Of a DNA stretch of 64,000 nt, positions 38,022-47,963 are shown piece after piece (the first letter of the stretch is position 1; the number at the start of each line of letters is the position of its first letter). Both the position numbers and the translations under genes were made by a program. Source of the stretch: Poseidonia sp. (GTDB taxonomy: Archaea; Thermoplasmatota; Poseidoniia; Poseidoniales; Poseidoniaceae); assembly GCA_965661285.1 (NCBI GenBank), contig CBFIDD010000003.1:269161-333160 (forward strand), given 5' to 3'. The notes under the pieces were generated by a model. That model was not told where the DNA came from, made no database searches, and was given only the letters and a program-made list of their open reading frames with translations.

Positions 38022-38070
38022 ACAATTCTCTTTTTGCATCCTTTATGTAGGCTCAAGCATCTACTCTATC

Positions 38071-38706
38071 ATGAACGAAGAGCGAAGCCCACGCCATCTG
38101 CTTTTGGTCGGTGCCGGAGGCATCGGCACCCAACTGATTGAACTCTTGGTCCCTGCCTTGCGCATGGTCAACCTGCAAGGTAGCATCACCTTGATGGACG
38201 CCGACATCGTTGAAGCCACCAATCTGGGCCATCAACGCTACACAAAGGACGACATCGGGCAAGCCAAAGTCGACGCCCTCGCCAAGCGCTTGGACGACGA
38301 GGACGCAACCTTACGCGTCAAGGCCATCGCTGAGAATTTGCGAACGGCTGACCAACTCAACGGCTACGATTTCGTGGTGGTCTGCGTCGACCGTCCCGAG
38401 CCGCGTCGTCTCGTACACCAACTGGATATCCCTTGGCTGGACCTCAGGTGCAGCGGCGACGGCCATGTGGCCCTGTCATCTCAATCCCTTCCTGCCTTGG
38501 TTGAGCGCATGACGCCCGACCACGCTCCAGCCAGTTGTCAAGTGCCTGGCGCCTTGGATGCTGGCAATTTGGAATACGGCTTTGCTTCGGCCGCTGCTTT
38601 TGGTGCCCAATGGGCCACCCAACTTTGGCGAGGGCGCCCAGCGCCCGTACAGTCCATGGGCAGCCTGACCTACGGCGCACTCTCCTTCCCGGAGGTGAGC
38701 GCATGA
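38071..38706 (+). CDS. ThiF/MoeB/E1-like adenylyltransferase
   Basis: VGAGGIG, D.D.VEATNLGHQ, DIGQAKVDAL, VVCVD, and a candidate catalytic Cys in PASCQ. ATG 38071 follows CTTTATG. Confidence 0.85.
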   Translation: MNEERSPRHLLLVGAGGIGTQLIELLVPALRMVNLQGSITLMDADIVEATNLGHQRYTKDDIGQAKVDALAKRLDDEDATLRVKAIAENLRTADQLNGYDFVVVCVDRPEPRRLVHQLDIPWLDLRCSGDGHVALSSQSLPALVERMTPDHAPASCQVPGALDAGNLEYGFASAAAFGAQWATQLWRGRPAPVQSMGSLTYGALSFPEVSA

Positions 38707-39251
38707 TTGGGCTTCCCGATGCCGCCGACCTCGAACTGCACGACGACGTGTGGGAGCGAGCCTGTATGGCCGCGCAGGATAAGCGCGTGGACGACGAGGA
38801 TTTGCTCACCGCTCAACGCATGTTGGCAGAGGCCGGCCGATGGGATGGCGTCTACGTCCTCTCGGTCATGGCCGGGCTTGAAACTTCAGTGCTCATCGAT
38901 GCCGATGAGAAGATTTTCATCGACTGGGGCACGGCCGGCCAGGTCACCCTCCAGCCTCCGGTTGGCGGACGTATTCCGTTCAAGCTGTGGGTTCACACCC
39001 ACCCTCGGTTCGCATCGTACTGGAGCATCACCGACACCACCAGTCTCAGCTTGGGTGCAGGCATTCTCGAGTCCGCCATGGTGCTGGGACAACCCGGGCC
39101 AAAACACAGCAGCAACCGTTCTTTTGTGGACGGTGACCACGACACCATGCTCAGCAACCAAGGGCCGTTGAGCCAATGGACCAGCGAAGAGCCCGTGCCG
39201 TGGACCGAATGGTACGGACTCAACAACATCGATGTCGAGGTGGTTGAGTGA
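38703..39251 (+). CDS. JAB/MPN+ metallo-isopeptidase-like protein
   Basis: Upstream Glu (GLETSVLID) and HTHPRFASYWSITD = H-x-H-x7-S-x2-D. ATGA overlap with ThiF and GGAGGTGA RBS. Confidence 0.8.
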   Translation: MIGLPDAADLELHDDVWERACMAAQDKRVDDEDLLTAQRMLAEAGRWDGVYVLSVMAGLETSVLIDADEKIFIDWGTAGQVTLQPPVGGRIPFKLWVHTHPRFASYWSITDTTSLSLGAGILESAMVLGQPGPKHSSNRSFVDGDHDTMLSNQGPLSQWTSEEPVPWTEWYGLNNIDVEVVE

Positions 39252-39484
39252 CCGCACGTGGACCCAAAGACGAAGAGGAGCACTTCAAGGCCCTCTTGGC
39301 CGTCCTCAACGGCCGCGGGCGAAGCGTTGCCGACGTCATCGAAGAGTTGACTGGCGAGACCCCGTCAGAAGAGACCGTCGAAGCCGTGGTGAATCGCCTG
39401 CAAATGGCCCAAGAAAGCGGTGAGCATGTCGACATTGTCGCCATCGTCCACTCGCTCAGCGACCTGGCCGAGCAGTGGGCCTGA
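39248..39484 (+). CDS. Small acidic helical protein (78 aa)
   Basis: GTGA overlap with the JAB stop and GAGGTGG RBS. Ends ...DLAEQWA. Confidence 0.75.
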   Translation: MTARGPKDEEEHFKALLAVLNGRGRSVADVIEELTGETPSEETVEAVVNRLQMAQESGEHVDIVAIVHSLSDLAEQWA

Positions 39485-41557
39485 TCACTGGTTCGTGTAG
39501 GTCGGCCGACGGTTCTCAATGAGGGCCGACAAGCCTTCCAGTGCATCTTTGGTCGAGAAAATCGTGTTCAGGCCGTCGAGTTCCAACTTCAAGCCAGCCG
39601 AAAGGTCGGTCGTGGCCGTAGCGTCGATCAAATCGCTCGCCATCCGCAGCCCAATCGGTGCGGTGAACGAGAGGCTCTTGATTTGACGAGCGACCGTCTT
39701 TTCTTCCTTGTCAAAGCCATCCGGGCAGTCGCCCTTCATGAGCACGGCCATGTTTTCATCGGTGAAGAACGAGGTAGCAAACTTCGCCACGGGCGAGGCG
39801 GGATTGGCCGGCTGGCCGGGGTACTTCTCAGCGGGCTTTCCTTCACCGGCCAGCGTTGCAATGCAAGCGTCAACGCCAGCCACATCGACCAAATGGGTCA
39901 CGAGGCCGAGGTCGGTGGCCGTGTTCGCATCCATGAAATTCCCGGCGAGCACCGCCCAGCGTGCGGCAGGAATGCCGCAGATTCGAGCCGGTCGTTGTGA
40001 GCCTCCAAGTCCAGGATAGATGCCGATGGACGTCTCGGGGAAACGGAACTGGGTTCGGCGGGTGCCGATACGATAATCGCAGGCAAGGGCAAGTTCCAAT
40101 CCGCCGCCAAGGGCCAAACCGGTGGTCAAGGCGATGGTGGTTTTGGGTGAGGATTCCAACATGTTGAGCAGGACATGCCCGTCTGCGGTGAAATCATAGA
40201 TGTCAGGAATGGCCTCAGCCCGAATCTTGTCCACAAAGAACTTCACGTCAGCGCCGGCGACAAACGCCTTTCCTGCACCGTCAAGGACAATGGTGTTGAC
40301 CTCAGCGTTGGCGTTGGCGGCCTCAACGGCCTGTGTCAACTGCTTGACCACCACGACATTGAGTGCATTCATGGCTTCAGGACGGTTGATGGTGATGGTC
40401 GCCACGCCGTTGTTCACGGTGGTATCAACATAGGAGAACGCCCAACCGGTCGCGCCCTGCTGGGTAAAGAAAGCGGGGACGTTCCAGCCTTCTCCGGCCG
40501 TCTGTGCGTAGGCAGCGGCCATGCGATGAGCTTCGCCAACGCCGATGCGGTTCATCATCTCAAACGGTCCACGAGCCCAGCGCAAGCCGACTTTCGCCCC
40601 GCGGTCAACGTCTTCCATGCTGCAGATGTCTTCGTCAACGATCTGGGCAGCCACACCAAACACGACGCCCAAAAGGCGCTCGGAAACGGCGGTGTATTGC
40701 TCGTCGCTGTAGGTGGCGTCCTCTGAAACATCCCACTGTTCGTTCGCTTCGACGAGCGCTCGAAGATTGGCGGCCCCGGTGTAGCGGGGCGTGTTGAGCT
40801 GCTCGGCCAAATAATCGGTGGAATGCAGGGCGATAGGAGGGCCTGTGAGGTTCATCAATCCAAAGGGGCCCAAACCGATGCGGAAGGCTTTGCAGGCGAT
40901 GGCGTCAATTTGTGCGGCGTTCGCTGCACCCTCTTCGAGCAGAAGACACGCTTCGTTGAGCCAAGGCACAAAGAAGCGGTTGACGACAAACCCGGGTCGG
41001 TCGGCGCAAACGATGACCACCTTCCCAAGCATCTTGCAGTACTGCACGACCTTGTCGATGGTCGCTTGACTCGAGGCCTTGGCGGGAATCACTTCCACCA
41101 GACGGTTCTTGGCGGGGTGGTAGAAAAAGTGCAGGCCAACAAAGCGGTCGGGGCGGCCGGTGGCTTCGGCGAGTGCGTTGACCGAGAGCGAAGATGTGTT
41201 GGAAGCGAGAATGGTACCCTCGCCGCAGGCTTCGTCCAACGCCGTGAACACCGCCGTCTTCACGTCAAAGTCCTCGAAAACGGCTTCAATGACCAAATCC
41301 GTGTTCTCTGCGGTGTTGTCCACGCCCACCACGCCGGTGATGCGTCCCTGAATCGCCTCGACTTGCGCAGGTGAGAAAATGCGTCGCTCGACGGCTTCTT
41401 CGAGGAACGAAGCGATGATGGATTGGCCACGCTCCACCCACTGGAGTTCGCGGTCGACCATCTGCACGTCAAATTCTTCTTGTGCGCTTTTTTGAGCGAT
41501 GCCTGAGCCCATGTTGCCGGCGCCGACCACGGCGACGCGCTGAATCGGTTGAGTCAT
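39485..41557 (-). CDS. 3-hydroxyacyl-CoA dehydrogenase / enoyl-CoA hydratase fusion (archaeal domain order)
   Basis: VGAGNMGSGIA, IEAVFE, ASNTSSL, GLHFF, GFVVNR, followed by INRPEAMNAL, FVAGAD, GGGLELALACD, FPETSIG. Confidence 0.95.
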   Translation of the reverse strand: MTQPIQRVAVVGAGNMGSGIAQKSAQEEFDVQMVDRELQWVERGQSIIASFLEEAVERRIFSPAQVEAIQGRITGVVGVDNTAENTDLVIEAVFEDFDVKTAVFTALDEACGEGTILASNTSSLSVNALAEATGRPDRFVGLHFFYHPAKNRLVEVIPAKASSQATIDKVVQYCKMLGKVVIVCADRPGFVVNRFFVPWLNEACLLLEEGAANAAQIDAIACKAFRIGLGPFGLMNLTGPPIALHSTDYLAEQLNTPRYTGAANLRALVEANEQWDVSEDATYSDEQYTAVSERLLGVVFGVAAQIVDEDICSMEDVDRGAKVGLRWARGPFEMMNRIGVGEAHRMAAAYAQTAGEGWNVPAFFTQQGATGWAFSYVDTTVNNGVATITINRPEAMNALNVVVVKQLTQAVEAANANAEVNTIVLDGAGKAFVAGADVKFFVDKIRAEAIPDIYDFTADGHVLLNMLESSPKTTIALTTGLALGGGLELALACDYRIGTRRTQFRFPETSIGIYPGLGGSQRPARICGIPAARWAVLAGNFMDANTATDLGLVTHLVDVAGVDACIATLAGEGKPAEKYPGQPANPASPVAKFATSFFTDENMAVLMKGDCPDGFDKEEKTVARQIKSLSFTAPIGLRMASDLIDATATTDLSAGLKLELDGLNTIFSTKDALEGLSALIENRRPTYTNQ

Positions 41558-41599
41558 GGCCCTTGCGAATCCAATGACGCTCATGAAGCATACGGCCGG

Positions 41600-42781
41600 T
41601 CAAGATGAGGAAATCTGACCCCACGCGTCCGACATGTCGCGATGAAATCGGTCCGGGGCGAGGAACGCAACGTGCTCCATCAGGCGTCGTTCTGGCTGGC
41701 GGGGCTCACCGTTTCGGCCTTTCCATGCTGAATGAACCTCGACGATGGCCTGAACCCAAGCCTCCACGTCCTCCGGGTCAATCACGTCGCCTTCGGGCAT
41801 CAACTCGTTGTGGGCCGGACGATTCGAGGCCACGACGGGCTGACCAGCCGCCATCGATTCAACGGTGGGGTAACCAAAGCCCTCTGCGGCCGATGGGAAC
41901 AGCAGCGCTTCGCAGTGCCAGCGGTAGGTGTTCAGTACCTCTTCGCTGATGTTGGAGCCGACCCAATGCCACGCCACGCCATGCTGCTTGGCCAAAGCGG
42001 TGGCTGAAGGCCCTCCGTGGGGACACGTATCACCGCCGATGTGGTGCACCCGAACATCATCGGCAACAGCTGGAGGGAGTTGGGCGAGCACGCGAATGAG
42101 GAAAGAAAGGCGTTTGCGAGGGTCGTGACTGCCCACAACCAACAGGTCGCAAGCCGAGGCCCGCAAGGCTTCAGGCGGGGCAGGAAGGTCGGCGGGAGGG
42201 GCATAACGCTCCACGTCGATGGCGTAGGGGATTTGGTAGAGCGGCGTGTTGGGAAAGTGTTGCCGGCACGATGCTGCAACAGCGCCGGTACTGCAAATGA
42301 ACGCATCTGCGCGCCCCAGCCCGTTCAACAAACGGCGAAGGTCACGGCGGCGAATGAAGCCGGGACGGGGCTCCCCCACCTCCACCCGTTCGCCCGAAAG
42401 GGTGACAATCTCAGGGGCCAAGTGGAAGAAATCGTGGACGTAGACGACCACGGGCACGGGTGCGTCGTGAGGAACGAGGTGGGCTTGCTCTTGGTCGCTG
42501 ACAAACACCAAATCCACCTCGCCTGCTTGATGGCGCTGTTTGATGGCGGACCGGACGCGCGTAGGATGGCGAAACCATCGCTCACGCAAACGCTTCGGCC
42601 CCGACGGGTTATCGCCGAGATCGTACTCTTCGACGCCGGCGCTTTGCCAGCCGGGAATCTCGCCGGCATCGAGAGCGACCTTGAGGTCGTGAAACGCACC
42701 ACCAATCCCCGAAAACCGCGTCAGGACGCCGCCCCTTACGAGCAACACCCGCTTGGTGCGGTCTGAGGCGCCTGGCTCCAT
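41600..42781 (-). CDS. Glycosyltransferase family 4
   Basis: YVHD, PRKR, FPSAAEGFGYPTVESMAAG. Start MEPGASD chosen because TTTCAAG lies 24-30 nt upstream. Confidence 0.88.
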   Translation of the reverse strand: MEPGASDRTKRVLLVRGGVLTRFSGIGGAFHDLKVALDAGEIPGWQSAGVEEYDLGDNPSGPKRLRERWFRHPTRVRSAIKQRHQAGEVDLVFVSDQEQAHLVPHDAPVPVVVYVHDFFHLAPEIVTLSGERVEVGEPRPGFIRRRDLRRLLNGLGRADAFICSTGAVAASCRQHFPNTPLYQIPYAIDVERYAPPADLPAPPEALRASACDLLVVGSHDPRKRLSFLIRVLAQLPPAVADDVRVHHIGGDTCPHGGPSATALAKQHGVAWHWVGSNISEEVLNTYRWHCEALLFPSAAEGFGYPTVESMAAGQPVVASNRPAHNELMPEGDVIDPEDVEAWVQAIVEVHSAWKGRNGEPRQPERRLMEHVAFLAPDRFHRDMSDAWGQISSS

Positions 42782-42916
42782 GCTACCGGGAGGGGTTGGT
42801 TCCTCTTGAAAGGAGGGCATCACACGAGCCGTACGCCATGAGATTCGAGGCCGATTCGCGCCGTGGTGTGGAAAAGACATCAAGTAGTCAAACCCACTCC
42901 GGCAAAGCGAGTCCCG

Positions 42917-43372
42917 ATGCCAGAGCCACCCATGACCATTCCTTCAAACGAGTTTACAGCCATCGAAGACGGCATCCAGACCACCATCGACCAGGGAACA
43001 TCCATTCGAAAAATGCTGGCAAAACACTCCGGTCAAGGCCCTTACAATGCCGCGTGGGAAGTTGAAGCGGCGGTGGAAGCCCTGCATGTTTTTGCCTCGA
43101 GGTGGACCATCGAAATACTCGCCGCCCTCTACATCACCGGGCCTCGAAGGTTCAACGAAATGAAAAACATGCTCTCTGGCATCTCAAGCCGCACGCTATC
43201 GGATAAACTGCGCTACCTCACGGAGGAAGGTTTGGTGCTTCGTGTGGTGACCGACGGCCCGCCTGTCAAAGTCAGCTACGAACTCAGTTCGCACGGACGA
43301 ACCTGTGGACGCCTGCTCTCTCCCCTCGTCGCTCATCTGAAGATGGTCGCGGGTTCGGTCGTTCAAGACTAA
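42917..43372 (+). CDS. HxlR-family winged-helix transcriptional regulator
   Basis: RWTIEIL...RRFNEM...GISSRTLSDKLRYL...GLVLR...PPVKVSYELS. Confidence 0.9.
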   Translation: MPEPPMTIPSNEFTAIEDGIQTTIDQGTSIRKMLAKHSGQGPYNAAWEVEAAVEALHVFASRWTIEILAALYITGPRRFNEMKNMLSGISSRTLSDKLRYLTEEGLVLRVVTDGPPVKVSYELSSHGRTCGRLLSPLVAHLKMVAGSVVQD

Positions 43373-44169
43373 GCCTCTACCCTTCCTTGCTGGACCGATT
43401 GTCCGGTCCTCAAATTCAACGCCGTGAGCATGCGCTTGTGTTCAGGACCGTGATAGAGGCAGGTATCGAGTCCGATGGCGGCAGAACGTTCGTCGTCCAA
43501 GACCACCGCACTTTCCCACACCCTGCCCCAATCGTTCACGGTTGGACCGGGCAAACCAGCCGTGATGGTGTGGCCAAAGACGACGGTTCTCTCATCGTCG
43601 ATGGGTGTGCTGGAACGGTGAAATTCGTTGCGAATCCAAAGCAGATCGTCCTCGTCTTGACCGTCCAAGTCAACCCCTGGCCGATAGCCGGCGTGAACCA
43701 ACCGCCAGCGGTCAAGCACGATGTGCGTGGGCAAGGCGGTCATCCATTCCGTGTGGCGTTGAGCACAGTCATGATACGAGTCTGCATCCAATCCCCCATC
43801 GGTTGTTTGATGAGCCCGAATGTACGATGCCACGGTCGTGTTGCCGCCGTTTTGCATCCACAACATCACGTCGATGTCCGGTTGTTCTAATTTTTCAGGT
43901 GTGAAGTTTTGCACCATCATCTGCTCATGATTGCCTTTGACGGTCGCCATGCGGGCTTCCGTCATCACATGATGAACCACACCGAACGAATTTGGTCCGC
44001 GGTCCACCAAATCGCCCAAAAAAACCACCCAGTCGTGTTCCTTCAACGCCAACCGGTCGCACAATTCGACCATGGTCTGGTAGAATCCGTGAACATCACC
44101 GACCACCCAGACATCGTGTCCTCGGTCCAAAGCCTGCTGCAACTTCCCCTCCAATTCTATGTCTCTCAT
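43369..44169 (-). CDS. Calcineurin-like metallophosphoesterase (PrpA-like Ser/Thr phosphatase)
   Basis: GDVHG, GDLVDRG, GNHE, VHAG, LLWIR, VFGHT, GLDT. Confidence 0.92.
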   Translation of the reverse strand: MRDIELEGKLQQALDRGHDVWVVGDVHGFYQTMVELCDRLALKEHDWVVFLGDLVDRGPNSFGVVHHVMTEARMATVKGNHEQMMVQNFTPEKLEQPDIDVMLWMQNGGNTTVASYIRAHQTTDGGLDADSYHDCAQRHTEWMTALPTHIVLDRWRLVHAGYRPGVDLDGQDEDDLLWIRNEFHRSSTPIDDERTVVFGHTITAGLPGPTVNDWGRVWESAVVLDDERSAAIGLDTCLYHGPEHKRMLTALNLRTGQSVQQGRVEA

Positions 44170-44218
44170 GGCCTCACTTCATTGACAAAAGAAGAGGACT
44201 GCAACCTTATTTAACGGT

Positions 44219-44968
44219 ATGAACAGCCCTCAACCTCAACCAGCACGACCCCGAACGAGAAGGCGATGGATTAAGGGAGGAGAAGACCATCCTCGTCCCA
44301 TGCCTTTGCTCGCTCAGTGGACCCGGCAACGCCCTTGGCTCGCCGCAGGGTTGACCGGTGCTGCGAGTGGAGTTGTTGGTATCGCAGGCGGACTTGCGAC
44401 CGTGGCAAGCGCCGTTGGTGCCGTGGCCTTCGGTGGTATTTCCACGCGAGCGACCGCCCACGAACACCCGCTACGACGACGCATACTCTCAACGCTTGAA
44501 GAGCGCCCAGGGTTGTGCTACCGTGAACTCCAAACGGTCATGAACACGGCCAACGGCACCCTGCGCCATCACCTCGATGTCCTCCAAACACGACGAGCGG
44601 TGACCGTGATGCCGGTCAACGGGCGAACGTGCTACTTTGCCGGTGGCCCGAGCCAAGTGGAAGTTCTGCGAAGCAGGGTTGTTGGCGAAGAACGCATGGC
44701 TCAGCAATTGCCTATCGGCCTTTCACCCGTTCAGCGGATGATTCTCGACAACATCGACCGTGAGGGCGTTCCACGCTCACAAGCGGCACTCGCTCGGCGA
44801 CTTGGCCGCTCTCGCGCAACCGTTCACAGCGCCATCAAGGTACTGCGACGGCGCGGTATCCTCCGAGAAGACCGCATTGAATTGATGCCACATATCGATT
44901 TGGAAATTTACACCAACGCCCGAACAGGTGTGGATTACGACCACGTTGATGAGCGACGGCGGTCATGA
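44219..44968 (+). CDS. Double winged-HTH transcriptional regulator with N-terminal hydrophobic segment
   Basis: HPLRRRIL...PGLCYRELQ...GTLRHHLDVL and SQAALARRLGRSRATVHSAIKVL. Start uncertain. Confidence 0.8.
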   Translation: MNSPQPQPARPRTRRRWIKGGEDHPRPMPLLAQWTRQRPWLAAGLTGAASGVVGIAGGLATVASAVGAVAFGGISTRATAHEHPLRRRILSTLEERPGLCYRELQTVMNTANGTLRHHLDVLQTRRAVTVMPVNGRTCYFAGGPSQVEVLRSRVVGEERMAQQLPIGLSPVQRMILDNIDREGVPRSQAALARRLGRSRATVHSAIKVLRRRGILREDRIELMPHIDLEIYTNARTGVDYDHVDERRRS

Positions 44969-45055
44969 CGCTGTCGTGATTTCAATTACGGAATCTGTCG
45001 CTTGAGCGACAATTATTGCACAGGCTTCAAAGACCCTTGGCGCTGCCGAAATACC

Positions 45056-46177
45056 ATGTTCTCGCTTCGCTTGGTGGAACGACCTTTGCCCACAACCGAA
45101 CGCGATGTGGACGGGCTGGTCGCCTGGTTCATCGAGACCCTTTCACTGGTCCGGAAACGAGGGGAGACAACCGCCGACCACGGACGTGCAGGTCCGGTGC
45201 ATCGCTTGCTTCGCGACCATCTGTTTGGTGCACCGCACCAAAGCTGGGATGCACAGATGCTCGCAGACGAACTGGCACAAATGCCAGCCTCCCTTAACCA
45301 CCATCTCGCACGTTTGGTTGAAACCGGACTCATCGGGTTCACCAACGAAGGAAAGGGATGGAGGAAATACTTCCTTCGAGGCGGTTCCATCACCAACGCC
45401 GTCGCCTATCTTCAGCAACACGCCACGCTCATCGTGCAACAACGCTTCAGCGTGGTGGACGCGCGATGGCAACGTGAAGGTACGTCGCTTCCGGTTGAAC
45501 TGCCCGAGGACGAACACGCCTCATTTGTCATCGGCCTGGTGGACCACCGTCCGTTGCCCGCGCAAACGGAGGGTGACGAACTCTCGCATTGGATGAACGA
45601 CTTTGGCTTGCTTGGCGAGCGACCAGGTGGCGAGATGGCTGCGGATTCGCTCTCCGTCCGCCTCTTTTCGACCCTCTTGGAACGAGATCTCCCCCTCTCA
45701 CTGGATGAAGCAGCCGAACTGCACGGCGGGCAAAAAGCCAGAGTCGGGCGAATCCTCGACCGATTCCGAGCCACGGGGATGGTTGAGCGCGTGCCGCGAA
45801 CAGACCGACTGAACACAGCGTTGTGGACGGCGATGACCACGCAACATCAGCGCCGTGGCGAGGATTGGATGCTGAAGAAAGGAGGCTTCCAACGGCTCCT
45901 CAACGAGAAGCAACAAGCGGCGCTGCTGCAAAGCCTTGGCAACGGAGCGCTGACCATCGAACATGTCGCCACTCACCTTGATGGCGTTGAGGCCAGGGAC
46001 CAGATGCTGTTGCTCAATCTCCTGGGCGGGCGCCTTCCCATGGGCTACAGGATGGCCGGGCCCTCGGCCAGTGCCGTACAGCGTCGCGTCCAGGACAGAC
46101 TGGACCGGGTGTTGCGGCGAATGGTGCGCGTGGCGGGCCTGCTCGACGAAGCGCTCGCCTCGACCAGCGCTGAATGA
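45056..46177 (+). CDS. Internally duplicated wHTH-containing protein
   Basis: Two similar units (RPLP...W....L; HTH ASLNHHLARLVETGLI / ARVGRILDRFRATGMV). CTTCAAA 25-31 nt upstream of ATG 45056. Confidence 0.75.
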   Translation: MFSLRLVERPLPTTERDVDGLVAWFIETLSLVRKRGETTADHGRAGPVHRLLRDHLFGAPHQSWDAQMLADELAQMPASLNHHLARLVETGLIGFTNEGKGWRKYFLRGGSITNAVAYLQQHATLIVQQRFSVVDARWQREGTSLPVELPEDEHASFVIGLVDHRPLPAQTEGDELSHWMNDFGLLGERPGGEMAADSLSVRLFSTLLERDLPLSLDEAAELHGGQKARVGRILDRFRATGMVERVPRTDRLNTALWTAMTTQHQRRGEDWMLKKGGFQRLLNEKQQAALLQSLGNGALTIEHVATHLDGVEARDQMLLLNLLGGRLPMGYRMAGPSASAVQRRVQDRLDRVLRRMVRVAGLLDEALASTSAE

Positions 46178-47217
46178 ATGGAGTGGGCGGCATGTCGGAG
46201 TTCATCGCACCGAAGCAAGGGGCTTGGGACGGCGAAGCACGACCGCTGTTTCTCGCCCCGATGTCGGGGGTCACCGACCTCCCGTTCCGCTTGCTAGCGA
46301 AGGAATGCGGCGCCGACGTGACCATCACAGAGTTCACCAACTCAACCGCCTTGACGCGTGAAGCAGCGACCTCGTGGCGACGAATGGAGACCCACGAGAC
46401 CGAAGTCCCGTTCATTCCCCAAATTTTTGGCGGGGATCCGGGCGACATGGCGACCGCTGCCGAGATGCTTGCGCCGACAGCGGATGTGATCGACCTCAAC
46501 TTTGGCTGCCCCGCACCCAAGGTGACCAATATCTGTGCCGGAGCGGCGCTGATGGGCGAGCCTGACCGTTTGGTCAACATGGTGGAAACCATCGTTGAGC
46601 GCGTGGACGTTCCGGTCACGGCCAAGATGCGACTTGGAACCGGAAAAAAGGCAAACAACGCAACCGAGATTTGCGAACGTTTGGAGGACGTTGGCGCACA
46701 GCGGCTTTGCATCCACGGGCGCACCTTGCGGCAGCGATATTCTGGCATCGCTGACTGGTCAAGCATCAAGCAGGCGGTCGACCGGGTCGAGGTTCCCGTC
46801 ATCGCCAACGGTGATGTGGTTGACGCCGCATCGGCCGCAGCATGTTTGGAACACACGGGGGCGTCCGGGTTGATGATCGGACGCGGCGCCATCGGCCGAC
46901 CAACGGTGTTCTCAGACATCAAAGTCGGGCTGGGGTGGATGGACCTCCACGATTTACCGTGGGTCAAGATGCACGACGGGTGGAAATCCATGGGCGAGAC
47001 CGAACAGGCCTTTGCCTCGAGGAAATGGTGTTGGGACCGCTACATCGCCCTGTCCGAGGCGACGATCGGTCTGCAAGGAAAATGGATGCAACGTCATGCG
47101 ATCGCGTTTACGAAGGGTTTGCCGGGTGCGAAAAAAATTCGAACCCTTATGCACGAACAAACGACCAACAAAGCCGTGGCCAACGCCATCAGCGGATTTC
47201 TGGGCGACGGGGTTTGA
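46174..47217 (+). CDS. tRNA-dihydrouridine synthase (Dus family)
   Basis: LAPMSGVTD, DLNFGCP, GAALM, TAKMR, IHGRT, IANGD, MIGRG. Confidence 0.93.
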   Translation: MNGVGGMSEFIAPKQGAWDGEARPLFLAPMSGVTDLPFRLLAKECGADVTITEFTNSTALTREAATSWRRMETHETEVPFIPQIFGGDPGDMATAAEMLAPTADVIDLNFGCPAPKVTNICAGAALMGEPDRLVNMVETIVERVDVPVTAKMRLGTGKKANNATEICERLEDVGAQRLCIHGRTLRQRYSGIADWSSIKQAVDRVEVPVIANGDVVDAASAAACLEHTGASGLMIGRGAIGRPTVFSDIKVGLGWMDLHDLPWVKMHDGWKSMGETEQAFASRKWCWDRYIALSEATIGLQGKWMQRHAIAFTKGLPGAKKIRTLMHEQTTNKAVANAISGFLGDGV

Positions 47218-47220
47218 GCC

Positions 47221-47829
47221 TCAGAACGTGGATTCCCACTCTTCAAGGTCGTTGGCTTCAGCCCAAGCCTCGTCGGTGGTCTCCCCGCGAACTTTGAGCA
47301 CTTCTCGAGCGAGGAGCCAGTAGATGAGGGCGAGCGAACGACGACCCTTGTTGTTCGCTGGGAGAGCGATGTCAACGTTGCGAAGGTGGTTGTTGGCGTC
47401 AACGATCCCAACGATGGGCAGGCCCGTGGCAACAGCTTCACGCAGGGCTTGCTGGTCGTTGGCGGGGTCGGTGACGAACAGAATATCAGGTTCGATGTAG
47501 GAGCGCAGGGCAGGGTTGGTCAAAGAACCGGGAATGAATCGACCGACAGCGGAGTGTGCACCCACGGCCTCTGCGAAAAGGCGAGCAGGGCGCTGTCCGT
47601 ATTGTCGGGCGCTGACCACCATGATGGATGGAGCGTCGTAGGTGTTGAGGAGCGCAGCGATGGAGCGAATGCGGGCGTCCGTGACGTTGATGTCGAGGAG
47701 GTAAAGGCCGTCTTCTCGCACGCGGTCAATGAAGCGGCTCATGTCAGCGCTCTTCTGTTGCGTACCGATGTTCACGGCGTTCTCCTCGTAGGTTTCGGCG
47801 GACACGAGTAGACTGGCTTCTTCGGACAT
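47221..47829 (-). CDS. rps2: 30S ribosomal protein S2 (archaeal uS2)
   Basis: IGTQQK, REDGLYLLD, GRFIPGSLTNP, VTDP..D.QALREA, PANNKGRRSLALIYWLLARE. Confidence 0.97.
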   Translation of the reverse strand: MSEEASLLVSAETYEENAVNIGTQQKSADMSRFIDRVREDGLYLLDINVTDARIRSIAALLNTYDAPSIMVVSARQYGQRPARLFAEAVGAHSAVGRFIPGSLTNPALRSYIEPDILFVTDPANDQQALREAVATGLPIVGIVDANNHLRNVDIALPANNKGRRSLALIYWLLAREVLKVRGETTDEAWAEANDLEEWESTF

Positions 47830-47963
47830 GTTGAACCACAGCAAGCCGCCCACAAACCCCCTGTATTAAACCACTTCGTCCGGTCTAGCCACCACTCGCT
47901 GGCCGAGGAAGCACCGAACAATGAAGAAAAGAACTCAATAAAGAGACCTCAGTATCCCGGCGT

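Noticed and set aside
39485-41557. HAD-ECH domain order reversed relative to E. coli FadB
   Set aside because: This is the usual archaeal arrangement.
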